DNA from: Octopus bimaculoides
Lineage: Eukaryota
Assembly: GCF_001194135.2 (NCBI RefSeq)
Contig: NC_068996.1
Location: forward strand, 38,712,764-38,762,363
Direction of reading: 5' to 3'
Length of the DNA stretch: 49,600 bases
Translations under genes and position numbers: made by a program
The notes under the pieces: model-generated
What the model saw: only the letters and a program-made list of their open reading frames with translations
What the model was told of the DNA's origin: nothing
Database searches by the model: none
Shown: positions 11,509-21,607 of the stretch, piece after piece
Numbering within the stretch: position 1 is the first letter of the stretch
Layout of the letters: each line of letters starts with the position of its first letter

Positions 11509-14500
11509 ATGAATAAAAGATAGTGCGATAGTGCAGATATATTTGAAAAGATGCCCATTTGTCATATAGAATTTAAGGAGATTGTTTGCAATGGCTGTTT
11601 CCTTAACCTTTGCAATCTTAGAACCGAGTGCAATAAAGCAATAGTTGACATATCAGACGGGTGCCTTTCTTAAGGATGGGATAGGCAGCTGTGTGTGAAA
11701 CGCTTGGAGAATTTGGGACTTGCTTTCTTGTATATGTAGAGGAACATGCCTAAGAGGATGGTTTCAGCCATAACTATTTTTGATGGGTAAGAGTTAAGTG
11801 AGTTGCTAAACACAGTATTGAACTGGTGGAGTTCTGACTAGTCAATAACTTAAACTGCTATAAGGTGGATCTGAAAGAATGTGTGTGTGTGTGTGTGCTT
11901 TGTATTATGTGTGGCTTTGTAAATGGACTGTTGTGAAAAGTCAGTGTTTGGCTGATCTGAGATGATGATTTTGTAGACATTGGGTTTAGAGGTGCAAAAG
12001 AGGTAAAAGGTGTTTAAAATGTCTGTGTTCCATCAGGGATGTGCGTAGAGGATGTATCTCATTGATGTAGAGAATTAGGGATTTGGTATGTTCCTTTTTT
12101 TCAACATTAGTGGCATTAGTATAGGATGAGTGTGGAAGCTGAGAAGGGTGGTGAGTGTTGTAACCACAAAAGATAATGACTTTGGAGAGCAGTGACATGG
12201 AATAGAATGTTCTTGATTCAGGAAGAGATATGACTGAAAAGTTGGCTGGAAAATTTCAGAAAGTGATGGAAGAAGCAGATGTATTTGGTGAGTGTGGAAA
12301 GATGGTTTTTGAGACAGAGTAACAGAAACTTTTTGTTATTCATGTCCAGATGAGAGTACTGAGTGGCTGAGAGAATGGAATGTACGTGTGGGAATGGAAT
12401 CATCACTACATCTGTGAAGTGCAGTAATTGAATACTGCACTAATAGGTTAAAATTCTGAATATGAAGTGCCTGCGCATTTAAATATTAGAGTACTTGAGC
12501 ATTGAAACTGAACACTCAGCCTCACTGACCTGTTTCCAACAACCTCACTTTTAGAGTTCATGTTTGCACCTAGAGCATGTGTATATTACAAATACTCTGT
12601 GCTACAAAAGTAAAACTTTTTACACTTTGATTGCAAATCCTGGATTTTTAGTCTTATATCCTGTATTATCTCTAAGAGCCTTCACTGTTTTGCTTTGATA
12701 TCTTATCCTATTTTGTCTCTCAGCAGATGTAAATTTTAGGGCCTCAATACATACAATATTTAACTGAGAATTTCACTGTACACAGTGTTTTTTTTTTTGT
12801 AACATTTGTTTCCTTTGCTTGTTAATTTACATAACTTTTATCTCCAATATTCTATTTCTAGCTCTATGAAAATAAGACATAATTGTCCATAGTTGAACCT
12901 TGTGATAAATATATTCCTATTTTATTGGATGTCTTTCTCTTGCATTTATAGATATAGAATGTTATTTTTACATTCATTTCCCATGCTGGCATGTATTAAA
13001 TGGGTTGTCATGGTTCATATTTGAAGTTATTGCATTCAGAGATGGGTTGGAAGACAATTTTGGCATCATGTCCATAGCTAGATGCCCTTCCTAACACTAA
13101 GCACTTTACAGAATGTACTGGGTGCATTTTTTCCATGGCTTTAGAACTAGTGAGGTTGGCAAGACCAATGAGTTCAGTTGACTCCACACAGTCTCTGAAT
13201 AATTTGCCAACCATCCTACAAAATGTACTTGGTGCATTTTATTGTTGCACCTGCACCATTGAGGTATCTTTGTACTTCATAAGACTAAAGAGCTCCACAT
13301 TCTAAGAAAGAATAGCAGAAAGAGTAATGACAAGTCGAGGTAGGGTTTGATACTGAGAGAAGTGAGTGTATGATGACAGGAACAGCATTATTGAAGTATG
13401 GAAGGTGGTAGAGGAGAGGGTAACAGAAGAAATAAAGCTTGAGGAGTAATGAGAGAGAGACAGTAATGTCGGGGATTAGTGGGAGAGAGCTAATAATAGC
13501 AATAACCTATTTAGTAGTAAGAGGATGAATGATTGACAGATAGTTGTAGCAATTAGTTGTGGAAATTAGATCCTTTCCATTTTAAATGGTAGATATGTGT
13601 CAGTAGATGCCATTTTAAATTCTATATATCAAAATTCATCCAATTAATGCACATGTCAATAAATGTTCATTCTGGTCACAAAGAAGTGGTAAAATTTGTC
13701 TGAAATAGTCTTCATTTTGTAGGATGATTTTTCCTCCAAAAAAGTCTTTTTTCTTTTTACGCCTGTAATATCTTGTATTTGTCATTTTGTTTGAGAAATG
13801 TTCGCATTAATGCATAAAACATATCTTCACATTGTTTCCTTATGTTAAACATTTTAGTACTCCATTGTTTCCAATTTGAAAATTTTCCGTTGCAAATAGA
13901 AAAATCTTTTGGAAATCAAATTACTTGGGAATGAGTGTTTATCTAGAAAACGAAATTATAAAGTAATTAAGATATTCATTAATGATTAAAGTAAACTAGA
14001 CAGTAGAGAACTGGTTTGATACTTTGAAGAATTCAGTGCAACAAAAACAATTGAGTTCATGTGGCACAACAGGATGGATGTGAACAGTTATTGGAAGATG
14101 CTAAATCTGTTTATGCCCCGTGTTAAAAAGATAAAAGCTTTTGTTGTTTGTACCCAATCAAAAAACAAAAACAAAAAAAACTTCTGGTTTTTTTTTTATC
14201 CTTATAATTTTTTTTCTTTTTTAAAAAATTCAATAATAATGATTTCTGACAAATGCTCAGGCTGCACATTCTAGAACTTCACAGGTACTTATTTTTATGG
14301 GTCTCATGAAGGATGGAATGCAGTCAACCCACGAACGTAACTGCATAGACATTTTAGCCAATTTCTGCTGGATTCAGCTATTCAAATAAATGTGCAGAAG
14401 ACTACAAATTCTGGGAAACAGAACAATTGATTAATATCATTTCATTACCTGAACGGATGAAAGGCAAAGTTGATACAATCTTTTCTATTACTGGCACAAT

Positions 14501-14689
14501 TGTTTGGGGGATGGCGCTAGTTGATTATATCGACCTCAGCACTTGACCGGTACTTAATTCATCAACCTCGAAAGGATGAAATGCAAAGTCAGTCTCGGCG
14601 GAATTTGAACTCATGATGGCTCGAGATAAACAAAAACAACAATTATAACCTTATTGATGATGATGCTAAAGAACTAAAATGTTACAAAT

Positions 14690-15471
14690 TAAAATATCCG
14701 TGGAAAATAGAAATATGTGGGGAAGAACAAAGCGATTTTTATGAAGGGCGAATTTGACCTAATGGGAGGGAATTGGACCGGAATCTTGTCTAACGCTTTG
14801 TTATTATTGTTTTATTCGAAATGAAAAATATTAAATATTAATCTTGAAAATAAAACAACATAAAAGGAAACCAACCAACAGGAAGTATCAAGACCTTTCA
14901 GATAAGCGGTTCCATTTACCGAGTGCACCTTCATGTTAGATGACGATTTTTGAAATAGTTTCTTCTCTCACAAGATAAGGGAGGAATCGTGTCTTCGCCG
15001 ACCGGTGCCTCATTATCTGGTGTAAAGCCGATGTGCGACCCTTAGTTGAGAATAGTTTCACTCGGGGGATTATGACTGGGCGCTACGTCTGTCAAACGGT
15101 ACGACAATTATGATTCTGATTTTTATTTATTTATTATTTTTTTACACGGAAGATACAAGGTCTGAGAATTATCGAAGAGGTAAACGGAAATGAAGTCACA
15201 GGGAAAAAATGTCACATTTCATTCTAAGTATTAGTTAACGTAATTAAATATTATTTGAAATCGATTATTAACCGATTATATATACCATTGCCCACAACAA
15301 CAATACAATTTATATAATGGTAATTTAAGATATTTAAGTGTGTTGCGTAACTTTTTCCTTTTTTGCATGTGAGTTTTTTTCTTTGATATTTTTTGGGACA
15401 TTTTTTTGTCTGACTTTTCCTGTATTCTAGAAGGGAAAAATAGTTGTGATGTTTATATATTTTTTAGAGAC

Positions 15472-15511
<40 letters not shown>

Positions 15512-16160
15512 AAACAGCATAATGTCACAAATTTGTTATAAAAGATTACGGTTGATTAAATCGTATCAGTACTTATTTCATCGACCTCGTTAGGTGAAAA
15601 GCAATCAAAGCCAACCCGCTGGGATTTGAACTCAAAGCGCAACGGAACTTATCTAAATACCGTTTGACAATCCGATGCAGTGCAGTTTCTGAATGCAACA
15701 TCCTTCATAACCATCATTGTCGTTCTCCTCTTCGTTTATTTACCTTTATAGTTTAGATGAGTGGTATGTATTTATTTATCTAACGGCTTATCCCATCTTT
15801 GAAAACTTGTGCCATCAACGCTGAAAGCTTACTTCCAGAACGCTTTTAATAATTTTTTTTTTCTTTTGGCTTTTCTTAAATTTAATTTCTATTTTGTTTT
15901 CCTTTTTTTTCTTTCGTTGTTTTTCTCTTTTACGTTCTTTCTTTCTTTCTTCCTTCCTTTTTATATACGTTCCTGTTGTTATTCCCTACCACTGCTACTA
16001 CTGCTGTTGCTGCTGCTGCTACATGTGTTTCTTAAATATTTATTTTAGCTGTTTTCGCAATCGTTCAAAGATGTATAAATCGAATTCTGATTACAGACTG
16101 GCCAAACTTTCAGATTCTGTACGTATCCAGTAGCATTCCATTCGTCATTCACAACGGGAA
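14690..16160. promoter_or_regulatory. CpG-retaining, largely non-repetitive region; candidate promoter / 5' UTR exons of the DCN1-like gene
   Basis: CpG visibly more frequent than in the surrounding decayed DNA, about 4.6-6 kb upstream of the first coding exon; candidate donors AG/GTAAAC at 15180 and CT/GTACGT at 16119. Confidence 0.4.
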
Positions 16161-16449
16161 TATGCAATCTTTTCTGTGAAATTGTATATGAGGCAGTATA
16201 TTATATAGTGTTTATATTGCATATGTGTATCTATATTTTATTCATGATGTATGTTAACGACATATGATGATATATTTGGATATGGACGCATGTACCTTTA
16301 CTTCACTCGTTACGTAATGTGTGTGTATATGTATAATAATATACATGCTAGACATAACTTTGTGTCAAGTGTAGAAAACGATTGGTATTTCATTGACATT
16401 TCTACACAACAGATAGCATTACATGCCATTATAATTTGTTGCACACACA

Positions 16450-16517
<68 letters not shown>

Positions 16518-16907
16518 NNNNNNNNNNNNNNNNNNNNNNNNNNNNNNNNNNNNNNNNNNNNNNNNNNNNNNNNNNNNNNNNNNNNNNNNNNNNNNNNNNN
16601 NNNNNNNNNNNNNNNNNNNNNNNNNNNNNNNNNNNNNNNNNNNNNNNNNNNNNNNNNNNNNNNNNNNNNNNNNNNNNNNNNNNNNNNNNNNNNNNNNNNN
16701 NNNNNNNNNNNNNNNNNNNNNNNNNNNNNNNNNNNNNNNNNNNNNNNNNNNNNNNNNNNNNNNNNNNNNNNNNNNNNNNNNNNNNNNNNNNNNNNNNNNN
16801 NNNNNNNNNNNNNNNNNNNNNNNNNNNNNNNNNNNNNNNNNNNNNNNNNNNNNNNNNNNNNNNNNNNNNNNNNNNNNNNNNNNNNNNNNNNNNNNNNNNN
16901 NNNNNNN

Positions 16908-16959
<52 letters not shown>

Positions 16960-16979
16960 AAAAATATGTATTCAAGGAA

Positions 16980-17200
16980 TAGACATAGCAGTGTGGTAAG
17001 AAGTTTGCTTTCCAAACATATGGTCTCAGGTTCAGTCCCACTGGTGCCGTGATCAAGTGTTTTCCATTATAACCTTGGGCCAAGCCAAACCTTGTCAGTG
17101 GATTTGGTGATGGAAATTGAAAATGCCCATCATGTGTATGTCAATATGTATCCTATGTTTGTGGAAGACACTTGATAAGGTGCTACAGTGTGAATGAACC
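16980..17200 (+). mobile_element. tRNA-derived SINE head
   Basis: GTGTGGTAAGAAG...GGTTCAGTCCCA boxes; related copy at 43165-43310. Confidence 0.6.
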
Positions 17201-17292
17201 TGTAACTATATGGTTTCAGAAGCAAGCAAATTTCCTACTACACAGCCATACCTGTTCTTGTATACATCATTTTTTGTATATGTATGTATAAA

Positions 17293-17328
<36 letters not shown>

Positions 17329-17443
17329 TATGTGTGTGTGTATGTATAAATGGCCCTGTTCAATATGTCGAAAATATGTTGGCAGAAATTCTATACAGTG
17401 ACTGTATTCTGGGCAAACTGATGGAGACATGAAAGGTGTAGGG

Positions 17444-17756
17444 CATAGGTTCTCAAAGTGGGTGCTACTGCCCCTGGGTGGGTGTTGAGATGGTCCAAGT
17501 GGGCACTGGTGCCTAAGGGGGCAGTAGAGAAAAAGGTGTTGGGAGGAAGGCAGTGGATTGGGGGATGCTATGAATTTATTGTAATATTGTATACAAATTA
17601 TATCAAATATCAAATGATTCATAGTATATATATATATATATATATATATAGATTAGTAAAACAGAAAATATTTATTCATACATAAAAATAGCGGTGAGGG
17701 TATAATGTGTCCATGGGGGGGGGGGGGCAGTGGATAAAAAAGTTTGAGAACCTCTG
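17444..17756. mobile_element. hAT-type MITE
   Basis: TIR CATAGGTTCTCAAA / TTTGAGAACCTCTG; 8-bp TSD GTGTAGGG (17436-17443) / GTGTAGGA (17757-17764). Confidence 0.75.
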
Positions 17757-17764
17757 GTGTAGGA

Positions 17765-18290
17765 GAATCACAGGAAGGTTAACAGAGAAAATAGACTTTG
17801 TTTGTGGCAGATGCATTGGTGCAATAAATGTTGAAAACTCACAAGATAAACTTTTTCATGTCTGCCCAGGAAGATCCATAAAAGTGGTAGACAATTTCTG
17901 TTACCTAGGTGATCTAAGTGACTGGACGAGGATGCTCTGAAAGCATAGTTGCTGGAAGTAGTACTGGCTGAAGTAAATTCAGAGAGCTATTACCTTTGTT
18001 GGCAACAAAGGGCTTCTCTCTCATAATGAAAAACAGATTGTATAATGCTTGTGTGTGGTAAAACAGGTTGTGAAATTTGGACCATGAATGCAGAGGAGTT
18101 GAGAAAATCAGAAAATGTACAATACCAGTGTGTATATTCAACAAAGTACATATGTGTTGAGAGAAAAGTTGAGCATAAGAGGCATCAGATGTATGCAAGA
18201 AAGAAGACTGCATTGGTATGGTCATATAATGTGGATGCATGAGGACAGTTGTATAAAAAGTGTTGATTACTTAAGGTTGACTGTTAAACA
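17765..18290 (+). mobile_element. RTE-type LINE C-terminal fragment
   Basis: VVDNFCYLGD, FRELLPLLATKG, LREKLSIRGIRCMQERRLHWYGH. Confidence 0.8.
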
Positions 18291-18309
18291 AAGAGCAGCA
18301 GAATAGTTA

Positions 18310-18845
18310 TTATAGTATTAATGTATATTAGCGACAGAGGTAGTATTAATACTGAGAAATAATATTTATCTCTGCTTTAACATGTGGATGTTCTGTTAGA
18401 ACAAACTATACTATGATAGATACCATGAAAGAAACTCTGTTGGCTTTTGATGCAAAGTGTACATTTTTTTAATATTAGTAGCACGGAGATAAATCACCAT
18501 CTTCAGTGCCAAAATCACCAAATCACTGGTTAATTGCAACACCAGCACATGTACTGTTTTTCTATATATTGCTGGTATGGAGACAAGTCACTGCTATCTC
18601 TAGTGGTCAAGTGTCCATCATTGACAAGACCAAGGAAGGTTGAGATCATGTTTTTCTGGTAGTCTCGAAGCTGGAGTTGTGGGAATTTATCTTCCTGCTA
18701 GTGATATAAACAAGCATACATTTTGCACCAAAAGCCAATATGAGAGCTTCTTTCATGGTATCTACTGCAGTAAAGTTTGTTCTCACAGAACATTCTTGAT
18801 AAAGTGGGGATAAATACTACCTCTTGGTATTAATGTTACTATAGA
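18310..18845. repeat. Diverged fold-back element
   Basis: AGAACAAACT...GATACCATGAAAGAA...TTGGCTTTTG (18398 on) mirrored up to 18783; arms traceable further out. Confidence 0.7.
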
Positions 18846-19339
18846 CAGAGAAAGAATGAGAGAGGGTAGGAAGATGAGAAAGAGAGAGAGAGACGACTGA
18901 TGGTTAGGTAGGTCGTAAGAGTAGCTTGGCATAGTGAATGGGAAGAAGGAGAGACATGGTTGTGGAGAAGAGGTCATTTGGTTGCTCAGGAGGGTGACCA
19001 ATATAACACGAGAGTGGAGATAACAGTATTGAGAATGAAATATAGTAAGAAGTATTAATGGTATTGTTGAATAGCTGGGAAGCATGCAGTTCTGCTAACT
19101 TTTAATTACAGCAACAAAATAGTGCAATTAGAGTGATGATGAGTGATAGGAATATCTTCAGGAGGAAATTAGGTGGTGTGAGTAGTTATGCATGTACATA
19201 TATACATTGTGCTTCCAGAATATCAGTTTTACCAAAATGGGCAGGTCTTTTACAGTATTGAAAATTGCCAGTCATTCCAGACCTTTCTCATTTCTGCAAG
19301 GTTCAAAGTCCTTAACTACTTTGTCCTGGTCGTTATCTT

Positions 19340-19950
19340 GGGTTCCATAAGCTCCATCCATATAGAGTGATCAGCACTTAATACAGCTATCCTCATTCAT
19401 ATACATCACGTCTTCATTCAGTCTTCATTCTTGCACATTACATTTGATTTGTCTTATGTGCAGTTTATCCATCAATGTGTTTATAACTTATTGTTCATGC
19501 ACACTTACATTACACATCCAACAAAGTATGCTAGCTGCATTTCTTTCCATTCTTCTCAAGTCTCCTGCATTCAAGTTCCATGTCTCAGTACCATGCAACT
19601 TTGCAGTTATAATACATGTGTCGTAAAATCTATTTTTCATTCTGAGGGAAATGAACTTTGTTGCCAATAGGGGTAGAAGTTCCCTGAACAGTTTTCCAAT
19701 GTGTTCTTAGACTGGCTGTTATACTTTTGGAACAACCACTTCCCCTGCTAATTACATCCTATAGGTAACAAAAGATATCACTTTGGGTATCATATATGCA
19801 GTTTATGTATATTCCTTTACTGCATATTGAACAAGGCCATTTCCCTGAAGACACCAAACTTTAGTCTTTTCTCTGTTTATCTTGAGGTTTCTTGATTCTA
19901 GGTTTAGCTTCCATGCATAAAATTTCTTTATAATTCCCCTGTTGGTTTAG
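19340..19950 (-). mobile_element. RTE-type LINE C-terminal fragment
   Basis: Reverse complement matches the 17765-18290 family. Confidence 0.7.
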
Positions 19951-19991
19951 TTATGTGTATTGATAAGTGTGTGTGTGTGTGTGTGTGTGTG

Positions 19992-20270
19992 AATGGGTAT
20001 GCCCAACTTCAGATTACCCAAACAGATCTTTGGTGAACTAATAGTCATGTAGTGGACCAAAGAAGAGATACAAAGACACACTCAAGATCACTTACTGTAG
20101 TGTTGTATACTGTGGAGTTACAGCAATCAGAATCAGAAATGATCATTGAAGCTAATGGGAGGAGGGATGCTTAAAAAGCAAGAGCCCCACCAGGTCTTGA
20201 CTCTCTTATTATGTACCACCATTGTAACCATGGATCTCATGCCAAAATTAGCTTTATAAGCCACCCATTC
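19992..20270 (+). mobile_element. RTE 3' end fragment
   Basis: MPNFRLPKQIFGEL...GPKKRYKDTLK. Confidence 0.6.
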
Positions 20271-20311
20271 AACTAAATCCTTCAAGGTATTGCCTCAGTA
20301 TGGCCACAGTC

Positions 20312-21607
20312 TATTTTTGTTTAAGGCTTTAACTTTATGCTTGAGGATGAAATTCTAAAAATATTTGAAGAAAGCATTCTGAATTAATGAAGCTATGCCT
20401 TTTATAATTGAAGTAAAACAGAAAAAAGCTACTCTGAATAATTCAACACAGTACTTATATGAAGATACTGCCTTCCTTAACAAATACTTAATAGACAGAT
20501 TTGATAAAAAACATTGCTTAAGAAACTTGGTGTGGTAGATGATACCAAAAGTAAAAAATAAATATTGTTTCTTTTTACATTATTTGATAGAGTTGTATAA
20601 TGCATCAAATGATGATGTGACACTTATGATTCTTTTTCTTAAAGCAGCATTGAATGGGTATAGTTTGTGGAGAACTAAATTCTAACTCATTGGCAACTAC
20701 ATGTATCCATTAACATTAAATTAGCAAATATCCACTCTTATTAACAAGTCTTAACACTGATTTTAAAATTTGTGTTTTTATAGGTTCTGAGTGAAAATAA
20801 TTTCTAATATATCTGATCTTGAAATGCCACCTCGTCGTCGTCGACGCTCACCTGACACTGAGAGAAATATAGGAGATTTAAATGACATAAGAGCTAAGAA
20901 GATTGCATCTTGGTAAGTTAACCACTAACATTTCACTGGGAATTATGTTAATAAAACATACTTTGAGAACAATTAATTATCTGTCTTAGCATGTAACCAC
21001 TCAAACCAGAGTAAGTTGAAATTATGGGATACAGCGTGGTGTATGTAAACTATTTCAGCAAATGAACTTACTGAATCAATGGCAAATATCACTAGATGCT
21101 GAGCAAACTACTGCTATCATATGTAATCATGGTATGTACAAATGAGGCATTTCAGCTAATGAAAGACGAATGTGACTAAAACCCAAATCAGATGTTCAAG
21201 CCACATTGCTTGATCAGGACATCTGGCATGGAAGAGTTACATATGTCCAGGCAGTCACCCTAAAAGATGATGGTGGATAATCCAAGGAGTTTCATAATAC
21301 ATTTAATAATTATCATTCTATTTATTTCAGGGAGAAAATGTTTTCTTTAAATATTACCTTTATCTTTTATTTTTGTTTAATGCTTTAACTTTATGCTTGA
21401 GGATGAAATTATAAAAATATTTGAAGAAAGCATTCTGAATTAATGAAGCTATGCCTTTTATAATTGAAGTAAAACAGAAAAAAGCTACTCTGAATAATTC
21501 AACACAGTACTTATATGAATATACTGCCTTCCTTAACAAATACTTAATAGACAGATTTGATAAAAAACATTGCTTAGGAAACTTGGTGTGGAAGATGATA
21601 CCAAAAG
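20312..21607 (+). repeat. 240-bp direct repeat pair (20312-20551 and 21368-21607) flanking coding exon 1
   Basis: 5 mismatches by manual comparison. Confidence 0.9.
20824..20912 (+). CDS. DCUN1D5: DCN1-like coding exon 1 (exon starts at acceptor 20784; ATG 20824)
   Basis: tttttatag acceptor, in-frame TGA upstream of the [13 protein letters not shown]..., donor TG/GTAAGT. Confidence 0.88.

Noticed and set aside
12530-14934. Possible divergent minus-strand gene (ATG at 14934 with donor after 14920; 40-nt exon 12569-12530, MNSKSEVVGN)
   Set aside because: No recognisable protein and no further exons found; such splice-like motifs arise by chance.
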